Assembly: GCA_973895155.1 (NCBI GenBank)
Contig: OZ316893.1
Coordinates: 4,198,490 to 4,262,489 of the forward strand
DNA length: 64,000 nt
Direction: 5' to 3'
Origin: Marsupella aquatica
Taxonomy: Eukaryota; Plantae; Marchantiophyta
Shown here: positions 13,233 through 26,351 of the stretch, in pieces
How the letters are laid out: the number at the start of each line of letters is the position of its first letter
Position numbering within the stretch: the first letter of the stretch is position 1
Notes under the pieces: model-generated
Databases searched by the model: none
What the model saw: the letters and a program-made list of their open reading frames with translations, nothing else
Told to the model about the DNA's origin: nothing
Translations under genes and position numbers: made by a program

Positions 13233-15201
13233 TATAACTTGTTGTGAGATAGTGGGTAATCCCCTGCTCCTTACAATACGTTCCAAATTCCCCAGAACTG
13301 TATTCACCGCCGTTATCCGATCGAAGATATCTCACCTTATTACCAGTATGATTCTCTACTTGGGCTTTCCACTCCTTAAAAGTGACAAAAATATCAGACT
13401 TATTGTGTAGAAAATATATCCACACATACCTTGAGTAATCGTCTATAAACGTGACATAGTATAACCGTCCAGAATGTGAGGGAGTAGGGGCTGGACCCCA
13501 CACATCAGTATGTACATACTCAAGTACCTCCTTGCTGGTGTGAGTTCCAACTCCAAAGGGTTTCCTGTGCTGCTTCCCTAGCACACAGTGCTCACAAAAA
13601 TCCAACTTACAAGATAACAAATTAGAAAATAATCTTTTTTTCTAAAGAATAGCCAAACCTTTTTCACTCATGTGGCCCAAACGAAAGTGCCACAGTCGGG
13701 CTGTCTTCTCATGAGATAAGGTTACATTGGCTTCATCAAAAACTACACTGCCCTCCAAAACGTATAGATTGCAATGTCTTTTTCCCTTCAATATAACTTT
13801 AGTACCAGTTGAAACCTGAAAGACACCACTAGCAGAACTCCACTGATGGCCATTTGCCTCTAAAACTCCAAGTGAAATTAGACTTTTCATCATGCTGGGA
13901 ATATGTCTCACATTCCTGAACGTTCTCACAGCACCATCAAACATCTGAAATCTTACAGATCCAAGTCCAACAACTTGACATGGGATTCCATTTCCCATCA
14001 ACACTGACCCGTTGGAAACCGTGTAAGAACTGAAAAAATCTTTTCTAGAGCAAATGTGAAAAGTACATGCACTATCTAGAATCCAGTCATCACTACCTGG
14101 ATTTGACACTACATTGAGAGCATAACCTTGACATCACAATATGTCATCATCATCGAGTAAATCTACCTCATGCGAGCTCGATGCCGCGTTAACAGAGGCA
14201 GTAGGGACCTTTACTCAACAATCCCTTTTCATGTGGCCAGGCTTGCCACAATTCCAACATGCAAGAGGCTTCCTCTCTTGCAATTTCTCTCTGGATTTAG
14301 ATCTCCCCCGTGATGTAGATCTAAACCTATTTTGCCCATTTGAGCGTTGCGCTACTCTTCCCCTATTCACATTGAGCGCAGTACCAGAAGAAGATGCTGT
14401 CTGTGATTGACCCAGCTTTTTCTGAGCATCATCAAACAGTAAAGAGCTCACCACCTCATTATACAAAATGGACTTCAGATCTCTATACAAGAGCACCTGT
14501 TTCAAGCCCTGATATGACGGCGGTAAGGAGCTTAGCAGAAGCAAGGCCTTATCCTCATCTTCAACTCCTTTTCCCAGGTTTGACAGATCCACCGCTAGAC
14601 TGTCAAACTCATCCAGGTGATCCTGCATCTTGCTCCCTTTCTTGAGCCTGAGGCTCATCAAGAAAGACTTCTTGTACAGCCGGTCTGACGCATCTTCCCG
14701 GTAGTACTTCTCTCTTAGAGCCTTGAACAGTGACATGCAATCTGCATAATCATCCAATTGCTTGATGATGTGCGGCTTGAGATATAGCATCACTACATTG
14801 ACAGCAATCACCTGCTCTTGTCTCCACTGCCTCACAAAAATCTCCTCCTCTCCATCATATTGCTCTCGCGATGAAAGCAGATGAGCTAAGCCCATGGCCC
14901 GAAGGACACTCTTCACTTGCTTCTCCCATAGCAAGTAATCAGTACGACCATCGTACTTCTCCACCTCAAACTTCACTCCTCCAAATCTAGCCATCTTCCT
15001 CTTCTTTCCCACTACCGATAGCTCAGGTAGTAACATAGCTTCCTCCACTGCACGCCGCACCGGTGATCGTACCGGTGTTACTTGTTCCTCCTCAAATGGT
15101 AGCATCTCCTCCTCAGACTCTGAGCCGTCTAACCGTCGTGATCCTGAAGCTCCCCCGACGCCAATTCTTGCAGTATCCTCTGAGTCACTCATATGAAACA
15201 A
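13233..15201 (-). pseudogene. Copia gag-protease-integrase (N-terminal part), disrupted
   Basis: FEVEKYDG, zinc knuckle CWNCGKPGHMKRDC, WILDSAC protease, LWHFRLGH...CEHC, HTDVWGP, LRSDNGGEY; stops at 14215 and 13642. Confidence 0.95.
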
Positions 15202-16671
15202 TCACGAAAAAATGTCTTTTTTTGAAACTTCTCACGAAACTCAAAACTCAACACCGCCGCGTAGCCCATGAAGCTAGGAGTCCAATACCAAAAGCCGAAA
15301 TAAAATCAAAATTTGACGAAAAAGTTATTGAAAATTTGGTCGGGGTGGGTAAAACCTTGGGAAACTCCCCCGTTTTGACCACCTCGGAGAATAACCAAAA
15401 TACCAAGTACAACCCGTCGTCGGAATTGCGATGTGATTGGTGCGCCGCATTGCTAACTCCAATGGCAACGTCCTCGCCAAAAAAGAACCAAAAAAGTTAT
15501 CGTTCGGCGGACAAAATCTTTGTCGGACGGCCAAAAAACAGCTCTCTATTTTTTGGGAATATTCCCGCACAGTACAGCAGGTCTCACATGGGGCCGTTCC
15601 CCCTGTCGAAGCGGTTAAAAAACGAAGGGTCACAGGGCCCGGGATAGCCAATAGAAGAGCCGGCAAGAAAAAGACAAAAAATGGCCCTTATAAGGGGTGA
15701 TTAGCCCCTTAACAAAAAATACAAAGTATAAGGGCCGGGGACGAAGGGCGTATGCCTTGGGTACACCCAGGGAATACTCAGGCGGCTGCGTACGCAGCCG
15801 CGTATAGTCGCAGGGCCGGTAGGTCGCGCATAGAAGGAGGCAGGGCGCGAAGGGCATCGGGGCCGGCAGAAGGGAGGATAAAATGACAAAAATTTCCCCC
15901 TTTAATGTTAACACAAAAAATCCGTGTGTACACACACTAAAAAAACCACACTAGAGTAACCTAAAAAGTAATTTGCCACTTAAGTGTGAAAATCCCGGGT
16001 TACACACCTTAATTGCCGCAGTTTTCAACAAGAAAAGTGAACGCCACCAATGGGAAAAGTGGCCAAATTTCACCGGCACCGTCTGCAACTCTAGCACTGT
16101 AAAAGCTTCCACCGCAACGTCGGCACTACGCATCAAGTGCCAATCCCGGGCTCAAAACGACCGCCTTGCCGCGATCAAACCGTTGAGCCGTAGCACTTCG
16201 CGTTTCTTCCACCGAGCTGGACGTCACGAAGAGAAACCCGGTTCAGATGAGAACAAGCCCCATAGCTTGTGAAAAAACCTGAACGCCTCCTTCACTCGTC
16301 ACGACGCACTCGGTAACAACTCGGCTGCAACTCAGCTACCGAAACAACCAGCTCGCTTCAACCTTCAACATGAGCAATAATGTATGATCTCCCGAACATC
16401 GCACAACTCACACCGTTGAAAAAATGCAAACTCTGGTCTCTCCCCCGAAATACCGTCGAACACGAATAAACCTTGAACTATGCAAACTTCAAATTCCTCC
16501 GCACCACGGATACCGATCAGCGAGTTCTAACCACCGTTAGAAAGCCCTCTCACTAACCTATCCGCTCAGCCACACCCATTCGAGTTTCATGCAACAAAAC
16601 TCCGAATGTACCATCGACAATGAACGTTGGAAAAAACTTGTCACGAAAAAACCTCGTCACCTCCCAAGCAT

Positions 16672-16683
16672 GCTCTGATACCA
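16672..16683 (-). promoter_or_regulatory. Primer-binding site (tRNA-iMet)
   Basis: TGGTATCAGAGC on the minus strand, 2 nt from the 5' LTR. Confidence 0.95.
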
Positions 16684-16685
16684 CT

Positions 16686-17029
16686 TGTTGAGTATAGACG
16701 ACATTCGTAACAGCAAGCCCATGAACTATCCAATGCACAATAGTCGACACAGAGAGATACGTGGTTCACCTCCACATGAGGCTACGTCCACGGGAACACA
16801 CAAGAGCTTTACTGCACTCTAAGCCGACCGACCATACCAAGCATCCACAGCACAAGCTCTCCCTATCTCTCAACTAGCTCCGTAACAATGAGCCTAAGTT
16901 CCACCAGGGTCTGGCATCAGCCCTGGCTATATGCACACCAGCACAACTGCTAACATTAGCTAAGTCCTAACTCGAGTTAGACTAACTGTGGTTAGCTCAT
17001 GAGTCACAAGACTAGAGCAATATCTAACA
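16686..17029 (-). repeat. Copia 5' LTR (344 bp)
   Basis: Direct repeat of 6768-7115. Confidence 0.97.
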
Positions 17030-18312
17030 TATATAGCAAAGTCGGAATTTTTAGTCATGATTACAGATAACAACGTTCACTCCCATCTGGCTTTCTTTGT
17101 TTCTTTGTTGTTTTCTGGTCCCATATCTTGCGTCTAAGCTTGGATGAACCTTGCCATCAAACAATGCAATTAAGGGTAGCTTTAAAGAATGTTGGGGCAT
17201 TTGCAATCTTTTTCACCAAAGCAAAATGGAGGGCCTCTTCTTGTATAAAGATGAAAGCCAGACCAAAAATCTGTGGACATGAGTTGATTAAATGCAAACT
17301 TTGGAATGAAGGAGTCAGATTTTGGAGCTCTAGAGATGATCTAAATTATAGATAAAGTAAACACTGCACATCAACAAATGGCCCTGAGTTCTGGTAAAGC
17401 CAATAGCAACCATTTAAGTCACTATAGGGTCCAGAGTTTATCTTAAGAGTGGAAACAAGCCCGGGTACCATAAAAGCACCCTGAGACGGACCTAGATGGC
17501 TTTACATTCATGCGTCACAGGACAGAATTCACGAGTCACTAGGAGAGAAAAAGTGTTAGCTACAGTGGCTATCCCATGCAATGTAATCCAAATGAAGTAA
17601 AAAATAATTTGCTGGAAAGTTCATTCGATGTGAATATCTTCAGTTCATGAGAAAAGGATAAAATTCAATGCACTTTCTAAGTAGCCTACAACGAGAGCTT
17701 ATATATATACAGGTTTATATATTTTGCCACAGAACAAACGTGGCTAAACAGGGAAAGCAGATTCCAAAAGGCAGGAGACCCAATAAAGGGAGAAAAAAAA
17801 TGAGGAAACTAAGCCAAGATCAAGAGCTATATAATGCCCAAGAGTCCCACACATCGGCAAAGGAAAGAAAGCCTACTCAGGACTAGCCATGGGAGGTCAA
17901 GAAGAGTACTTTTTTTTTGGGCAACAGCTATGCGCTAGCCCTCCCAGCCATAAAACAAACTGCCTCAGCTGAGTAGCAAATGCCTTATCCTCTATAATTT
18001 GTAACATAGTGGCCGTCTTAATTAAAGCCCTACTGGCCCCGTTGCAAAACCTGGTGGAACAGGTTACTAAAGCATATAAGTCCAAAATGTTATCAAGAAA
18101 ATAAAAATATCTCTCCTTTGTCCTCCCTGAACAAGTGGCGGTTTTAAAAAAAAACAAGAAAGAAAAATGAGGGATAATTGAGTATGAAGTCATGTCAGGG
18201 ATAAAATATCATCAGTTTACAAGTTACTTCTACCCCAGAAATTGATTGTGTCCACATGGTCTATCCTGCTTTGACAGTCCATCCAAGTATATCATATCTT
18301 TGAGGTCCATCA

Positions 18313-18608
18313 TATTGAGTATTGCTTTTAGTCTTGTGACTCTAGAACTAACCACAGTTAGGCTAACTCTGGTTAGTACTTAGCTTAGGTTAGTAATGAT
18401 ACATGATGTATATGACCATGGTTGATGCTAGCCTCTGGTGGATTTTCAGTTCATTGTTGGAGTGGAGCAAGAGAAAAATAAAGGTCTCTTACTTTCCCGT
18501 GGATGTAGTTTCAGTTGTGAGGTGAACCACGTACTCGTTGTGTCGACTACTTTGTATGGTGTTTACATGTGCATGGTGTCTCGGGATAAAGAATAATTAT
18601 CCCCAACA
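18313..18608 (+). mobile_element. Solo LTR of a related copia family, opposite orientation
   Basis: Homologous to the reverse complement of the 6768-7115 LTR (AGTCTTGTGACTC..CTAACCACAGTTAG, TTCCCGTGGATGTAG, GAGGTGAACCACGTA, TGTGTCGACTA); ends CAACA; flanks CATCA/CATCT. Confidence 0.8.
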
Positions 18609-18636
18609 CATCTAAGTATCAAGACATCATTTTTTT

Positions 18637-18885
18637 GGTTCAATGTTACATAAGTAAAAAGTGAAGGCCCAGCTGGACCTAGGGGTTTGTGGGACCTAAA
18701 ATCTAACCTGTCAACGGGTGGTTCAATGTTACATATGTAAAAAGTGAAGGCCCAGCTGGACCTAGGGGTTTGTGGGGCCTAAAATCTAACCTGTCAACGG
18801 GTGGTTCAATGTTACATATGTAAAAAGTGAAGGCCCAGCTGGACCTAGGGGTTTGTGGGGCCTAAAATCTAACCTGTCAACGGGT
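18637..18885. repeat. 83-bp tandem repeat x3
   Basis: GGTTCAATGTTACATA.GTAAAAAGTGAAGGCCCAGCTGG...AACCTGTCAACGGGT at 18637, 18720 and 18803. Confidence 0.95.
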
Positions 18886-20689
18886 CCTCAGTGATGGGTC
18901 CTCAGTGTTTCCAACCACTTCAAATTAGTTCACCCACTGGTAAGGCCTTCCCCAAAATGATAATTATCACCCTTGCCCAAACTAGTCAGATTGTCCTTTT
19001 CAAAATTTGAATCATTCATTGGCATTTGGTTCATAACATTTGATTATTATTTTTCATTTTATAAAAATGGAGCAAATGATCTTAAAAAATCTCGAAAATT
19101 GTGAGTTGATAGTTCTGACTTTAAAGAATATGCTAGACAAATTGAGATTTAATAAAGATCCAAAACATATCACAACAAATGCAGAACTTTGCCAAAATAA
19201 ACAGTTTATAGTTGCTCGAGGTACCTTGAAAAACTAATCCAAGCGTCCTTAGCAAAAGTCAATTAAACATCCATCTAAGAGCACTAGGTCACTCTTTTTC
19301 CCCAATGTAGATGAAATACGACTTTACGCAATCTATATGGGGATGGATAGAACAAACCCATCTGGGCTTTATACTGGCACATCTCGTTGGCCCAAAAATT
19401 TAATTAATTAATCACTTATATAATAATTGTTTTTTGCCGTACAATAACTGTCGATAACTCGATATTCACCATCGACCGGTAAAGCACTTTAAAGCTTGCG
19501 TTCATAAGAACATTTAAATCCCGGTCTCAAAGTTGGGAAATGGGAACGGCCTCCCGGCATGTCCGTACGTCAGTAGGTGGTTTGGTTGTCAGAGTAGGTC
19601 CGGCTTTGTACTGTACGGTTGACACCTCTGGCTGCCTGCCTGGTGTTAATGAGGACGTCAGATCAAAGAAGATCTACCGTTCCAGATGAGTAACTAATCT
19701 TGTTCTCGTTTTCTCCGTAGCACGACCATTTTCAGTCTTTCCAGTTTGATTTGGTGACATATCTATGAATAAATAATCGAGAATGCTAAATACACCCATA
19801 GTTCCCTAGATTCACCCCAGCTTTATAAATCCAACTAAACTAACCTGTTTGAGTTTGCAAACGACAGGTATTAGCTACCTAAGAAAATATTTCCACACGT
19901 TTGTCGAAGGTTTTCTGAATCTTGGATGGACCCCCAAATTTTGCAACACTTGGACAAAGTTTCATAACCAGGATGGACCACTTAGTGATCGCCAAACCCT
20001 CTTTTCTGTTCAGACAATACATATGACTATTCATCTCACATTTCATCACCGAAGTGTGAGATGTGACAGAAAATAACATAGTCATGTTTGGAATTTCTGA
20101 GCTCCAATTCCTGAAGAGCTCAGTTCCAAACAGATACAAATTCTGAATCAAGAAGAATGTACACTGAGTGACAAGATGTTATCCATACTATTTAACGCCT
20201 GTTCAGTCAGCTGTATGGTAACCTTGGATAAGCTGTTATAGCACAGATTAGCATGGTGCACACTATGAAAACATATTTGCTAATTCTGATATCTATTTGG
20301 GAAAACATTTTCAATTGATGTGATGTGAATCTACTTACTATAATATACAATCCCGCCTTTTTGTGCTCATCGTTCGCTTACAAAATTCACTTTTGGAGGG
20401 AACTCATTATGACCATTGGATTTAAAATTTAAATTTTCCTGTCCATCAGATCTGTGTAAGGAAGAATAAAGAGTTTGTCCTAGCCTGAGGGAGGGATCCA
20501 TGGGCTTCCACCCACACCTGGACTCATATACAAACATATAGAAAAAGGTCATTGGGAATTGAGTTGACATGTGGCTATCATGGGTAAATGGGTCTGACAA
20601 GAAAATCTAAGTAGACCCCACATGATTGCCCCATTCACCTAAAGTAAGAAGTATAGACAACCTACAATACAAATTAAGTTGTGAGTTCA

Positions 20690-23600
20690 AAAGTGAATAT
20701 ACACACTTTTTATATACAAAGGGACCAATCAGAGTACAAATGAACAAACAAAAGAGGGCCCAAGTGGACAAAACCAATCTAAAAAGAAGTGAGCAAAAGG
20801 GAACCACTAAACACCAAGAAAGAGGAACTAAAAGTAAGAAATGAGCAATAGGGAACCCCTAAAAACCAAGAAAGAGAGACTAAAACTAACCCAAGCGGAC
20901 CGAGGTCCTCATCATTCCTAGCGAATGTGGCAAAAAGCTACTGGTCCACATCAAGGGTCAAAACGAGATCGGCAAGTGGGATTGGAACATCCTCTAGGGG
21001 AGCTAGCCGATGCGGAGGCACACTAGCACCCACTGTAAGAGATTGACGATAGATGGCCCGGGCTTGAGCACGCTGCAAGGTGACTGAGATGCATTGGCGA
21101 AAGTGCGTGGTCAAAATAGAAAGCGGGGGTCCGGTGGGACCCATGCGACCATGAACATCCCGGGCAGCTTGCCGAAGAAGCCCATCAAACTGAGGATGAA
21201 GACGCCCAAATAGCTCCAGAGCAAGGGGGAGGAAGTTGTCGGATGAAGCTCGTGCAACATATTTGGCCTCCTTCATTGTTGCCGCACGTGACGCTGCTGC
21301 CCCTGCCGTAGTTGCCGCTGTCCCAATGATGTCTTGGCGCAATGGGTTTGCCACCACTACATCTGCCAATGTACGTTGACCCTCACGGACCATGGTAAGA
21401 TCCACCCGTAACCGCTGTGATGGAGGACGAGGTAACTCGAGTACCACCTCCCGCCGCACGCATACCAAAGAGCCAGAGAGAACCTGAGCAGTCGCATCTC
21501 GCACAGCATCGTGAACAATAATGGTTTCACCTCCCAAATTGCACCGAAGGAGATGGACACCTGTGGCATCACAAGGCTTCCCACAAGTGCAAGAAAGAGG
21601 TAAACCTGCAAGAAGTGGGTGGGGCAGCCCCATACGAAGACGCATGGTTGTGGAGAACTCCGTTGAAGACATCCGCAAATGAGGAATGACTGGATTGGCC
21701 TGAAGCCATCCACTTGCGCCCTTCCCTCCGGAAGAAAAAATCCGAGCTCGGTCCATGTCAGGTGCCTTGGAGAGGATGCTGGAAAGGGTGAAATCGTGCA
21801 TACGCCCAGCGAGGTCTGCCTAAAGACGAATGGGATCCAAGGATAAAAACTCCTGAAAAGAAGGTAATGCGGCGCGAACGGGATCTGGTAATGAGGACCG
21901 CGCTGCGCACAAATGAACCTGAAATGGGAGGGAACCCTCCTCTACCTCCATGAGAGATGAAAGTAAAAAAGCGTGATCCTCAATAAGAAAATGATCGGCC
22001 AACAATGAGAAGGCGGCCGCCCACGCACCCAAAAAGGCCAAAGGTGCAAGGCTCTCAATGGAAGTAAGCCCAAAACCACCCTGCGAAATAGGAAGACTGA
22101 GTTGTTGATGAAGCCACGGAGATGAGAGCAACGTACTCGACCCCAAAAGAGAGGCCAGGGTCTGACGAATGGAGACATCAAATGCTCGAAGGTGGAGACA
22201 AAGATCCTCGGTAGGGGGATGCGTCCTAGCCAGATAAGACGCACGAGGGTGGATGCACCGCAACAACATCCCAAATGCTACCTGAGAATCTGCTAACTTA
22301 GGGAGCATAGGAGTAGAGGCTAAGGCAGACTGTAGAGAGTCAGCGATGAAAGAGGAGCAAAAGGAGGCGGTACCGACTGGGGAGCCAAGGACCCGAAGAC
22401 CATCGGCTGGACGTAAGAACCCTGGGGGAAGCGCAAGATCAGAGGGTAACCCAATTGGACTCCATGCACGACTCTTCACAGGCTGAACTCGTAAACCGAG
22501 GCCCATCAAATGGGTGGAAAGAGTGGCGAGGGCAGAAGTAACCGCGGTAGGAGGACCAATGACGTGGGTGTCATCTGAAAGGGAGGGGAAGATACACTGG
22601 GGGTGGGCCATGGCGGCTTCCCGTAAAGCTGTAAAATGGGCAATGGCAAAAAGAGGCCCACCCAAAGGGTCACCCTAACGAGTACCTTCTACAGAGGAAA
22701 GAGTGGTATACACACCTGTAGAGGAGTGATGATTGTAGAAGAGTGGGGCCTCGAGTCCATAAAAACAATGGACAAAGGGGATCAGGGACTGGATGTCTGG
22801 ATCCGCCGCCCTCAAAGCACGAAAAATGGCTGCCTGAGAAATAGTATTAAAAGTGTTAGAGACATCAACCTGGAGGACAACCCAATCAGGGTGGAGGTCC
22901 AAGGTAGCTCGAATACCCGCAATAACTATCTCACAACCGCCAGGAACGCCAACTGCAAACTGATGTGGAGAGAGATGATCCGATAGTGCAGAGCGAAACT
23001 GCGAGGAAAGTGTGCGACACAAGCCGAAGAAAAACCTCCCCAATAGCAATTGGCCGAACACCCGGTGAAGACTTAGCCATGGCAAATAAACGAGAAGCAC
23101 TCAAGAGCCGAGAGACGGGAGGAGGCAAACGACCGGCTGCAATACACTGGCAAAAGGAGAAGAAAACTGGAAAACCAAACTGAGGATCCGCAGGGGGGAA
23201 TAAATCCCAAAAATGCTCAAAGACATAGCCGGAGGGGCCACTAGCAGCGCAACGCGGGGCATGGAGAAAGGCATAGGTGAAGTGGTCCCTACTAAACTGA
23301 AGATCCTCCTCAGGCTCAAAATCCTCTACGAACAAAGGGAGCTGATCATGGGGCTGCGGATGGAGATCCTGAAGGGCCGACGAGGTGACCTCGCCAGGGG
23401 GGCTGGTGTGGTGGGAGAAAGGGCCTAGACAGCCCGACGATATTCACCAGCCTGGGCTAAACGACAAGAGCGACGAAGACGTCTATGCTCAAGGGGATGA
23501 GAGTGGTGGGCTGGGTCAGACAAAGCACGGGCGGTAAAAGACCGGGCGCGAAGAAAGTACTCTTCCTGAAGTTGCTCCCAATCTCCCCGCAAAAAACGAT

Positions 23601-24100
23601 GGATACGAGAGGCAGTCTCACGGTGACCCACACGACCACCATGACTAGGGAGGGTAAGAGACCACTGTGGAAAAAGCATCAGTAAAGACCAGTAGGAGAC
23701 CTCCATAGGATGCGCCAACATAAGCTGCATGAGTTGCAACAAGGAGGATCGAACTAAAGGACGCAGCGCCAGAGGAATGTGGTTATAAAGGCGAGGTCTA
23801 ATGTACCCTGGATGGTAGGCTGGAACTCGGGCTGGAAGGGGGTCTAGAGTGCAAACCCAACTCCATGCCTGCTCGGGAGCCTCCAAGGAGGGAGGGGCAG
23901 AGCCAACCGGGTCAATAGGGGGCTAAGGCTGGGATTGTGCTTGCTGGCGACGATGGCACCGGCCCCGCCCGCGATGATGAGGGAGGGAGATGCCAACCCA
24001 TCCACAGTCAGGACAAGTATGCAGGGGACGCTCGTCCGGGGAGGGAGTAGGGAAAGACTGGACAGGAGGTGGGGGTGGAACAGATGTGGACGAGGAAGGA
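20690..24100 (-). mobile_element. Non-LTR retrotransposon with restriction-like endonuclease (CRE-like clade), decayed; boundaries approximate
   Basis: RT motifs AASGPSG, RPIAIGEV, HQFAVG..GGCE, VDVSNTFN, GTR*GDPLGGPLFA, SLSDD; CTCG..HLLRC knuckle; HDAVRD, RVDL..DVVV, KEAKY, PLALE.FG RLE motifs. Confidence 0.9.
20938..23886 (-). pseudogene. RT-RLE polyprotein of the CRE-like element
   Basis: Fragments 23425-23886, 22931-23335, 22675-23100, 21820-22665 and 20938-21801 joined across TAG stops and a frameshift. Confidence 0.9.
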
Positions 24101-24959
24101 AAGTGGAAAAAATTTATAGGAATGATTTATAGGAAAGTGGAAAAAAATTAAGTCTACTAGGAGTAGTGAAAACATTGTTTTTTTTAATCTCTATAAAGTA
24201 CTTTTTCCAGGTTACATTAACATTCAATCCTATATTCTTTATTGCAATAACCTTATTGACCAAAGACACAATGGCCCCAAGAATAAAATGGCCCCAACAA
24301 CGAAATGGCCGGAGTGATAAATGATTGTAACAATAAAATGGTTATAAGGACAAATGTGCAATGCAAGTTAGGGCAATGGGTTTCTATTTATGTCATATTT
24401 CAAATCACATTATTAAAAACTATCCCATCTCAAAGAGTTAGTGCAATCTACAAAAGTGGAAAAGGAAGGAACAAACCAATACCATCAATATATTTCAATG
24501 ATTTTGACACCCTTGGATTGAGTGAAAGGGATCACCTATGGAAGTGAATACCATGGATATTTTTGCTCTTGAAACAGGTGTTTTCAAAATACATGTGTTG
24601 GCTAACTACTTTCAAAAATGACATGTGCATAACATTGGTATCAGATTTGTTTTGTTTTTTTGCTAAGGAGAAGAGAAATTTTCATTTATCTTTTGCTCCA
24701 TGTTGATTCTTCTTCTCTTTCTTAATCATGTTGGAAAGGGAGGGGGGTGCCAAAGAGCCAGGATGGGAGACTGGAAGGAGAGAAAGGAAGGGCACAGAAG
24801 AGGAGATTGAAGAAAAAAGGGAAAAAATTGTGAATTTATCTCCCTCCATATAGCTAAGGGCAACCACACTTGACCCTGTAACACCCCAGCCGCCCCCTGT
24901 CTTGCGTTCCCTCCCATGCTCTCACCCTTGCCACAACATTGCTTTCACAATAGCACCTT

Positions 24960-25500
24960 GGGACATACATTGCCTCAATATCTTTGCCTCAACTTGACAA
25001 TTTTTCTTGCCTTGGCATATTTTTCTCAGCTTGACATATTTTTATCTCCTCAACTTATTTTTATCATATTGACATGTTTTCTCTCCTTGAGATATTTTCC
25101 TCACCCCAATGTTCTTTTCAATCTCACATTGACATCTTTTTCTCACCTTGCCATCTTTCCTCTCTGCACCTTTTTTCTCCTCAACATCTTTCATCACCTC
25201 AGCATTTTCTCATGCACCTTGATATATTTTCTCTTCATGGCATCTCTACTCATCTCAGCATCATATTTTCATTTTCAGTTTTTTTTCTCTCATGGACATG
25301 ATTTCCTCACGTTAATATCATTTTCTCACCTTGACATTTTTTTTCTCTCATTTAATGTTTTTCTCACCTCAACATCTTTTTCTCTCCTCGACATATTTTT
25401 CTCATCTCAGCATCTTTTTATCTCCTCGATATCTTTTCCTCACCTCAATGTTTTTTTCTCACCTCAACATCTTCTGGGCAACGCATGGGCATCGGGCTAT
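24960..25500 (+). repeat. Degenerate ~20-bp minisatellite (CTCGACATCTTTTCTCTC-like) ending in a Helitron-like 3' motif
   Basis: Array ends with GGGCAACGCATGGGCATCGGGCTAT. Confidence 0.6.
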
Positions 25501-25759
25501 TTGTATATATATATATATTGTGCCAAAATAATGAGACTTCACACCCATAAACTATGACAAATATTTCTATGGTTTTTCATCACAATTGTCTCACAAAATT
25601 TGACTTTTATTGTCCCAAAGAAAGCCTTGGAAGCAAAGCAAAGAGGGGGAGAGGCAAGGAGAAAGGGGAAGGGGGGGCACATGGATGAGAAAAGAGGGAG
25701 GGACTTCATCTTGCCCCATCCGGTCGCAGGTAAGGGGTGGAAAAAGTGTCAAGTTTATT

Positions 25760-26351
25760 TTCTCACCTCAAAATCTATTGCTCTACTTTACATCTTTTTC
25801 AGCTCAAAATCTTTTTCTCTCCTTTGCACACGTTTCTCTCCTCGACATCTTTTGTTCACCTAGACATATTTTCTCTCCTCAATTTTTTTCTCATCTCAAC
25901 ATCTATTTCTCTCCTCAATATCTTTTCTCTCTTGGACATATGTTTATCATTTGGACATCTTTTCTCTCTTTGACATCTTTTTCTCCCCTCTACTTCTTTT
26001 ATCACCTCAACATCTTTTCCTCACCTCAACATTATTCTCACCTCGACATCTATTCTCTCCTCAACATCTTTTCGCTCCTTGACATCTTTTATCACCTCGA
26101 TATCTTTTCTCTCCTCGACATCTTTTCTCTCCTCCACATCTTCTATCACGTCGACATCGTTTGCTCACCTCAACATCTTTTCTCTCCTTGATATCTTTTA
26201 TCACCTCGACATCTTTTCTCTCCTCAACATCTTTTCTCTCCTCCACATCTTTTATCACCTCGACATCTTTTGCTCACCTCAACATCTTTTCTCTCCTCGA
26301 CATCTTTTTTCACCTCAACATCTTTCGTGCAACGCACGGGCATTGGGCTAT
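25760..26351 (+). repeat. Second minisatellite array ending in a Helitron-like 3' hairpin
   Basis: Ends with CGTGCAACGCACG hairpin (26326-26338) then GGCATTGGGCTAT. Confidence 0.65.

Larger units (their letters stand above)
6768..17029 (-). mobile_element. Ty1/copia LTR retrotransposon (Tnt1/Tork-like), decayed, with nested DNA transposon
   Basis: Near-identical LTRs with TG...CA ends; TSD TATAT (6763-6767, 17030-17034); PBS and PPT; gag-PR-IN-RT-RH order on the minus strand. Confidence 0.97.

Noticed and set aside
15063-16272. Plus-strand ORFs in the copia leader as an extra or env-like gene
   Set aside because: Non-ATG starts, overlapping frames and no recognisable domain.
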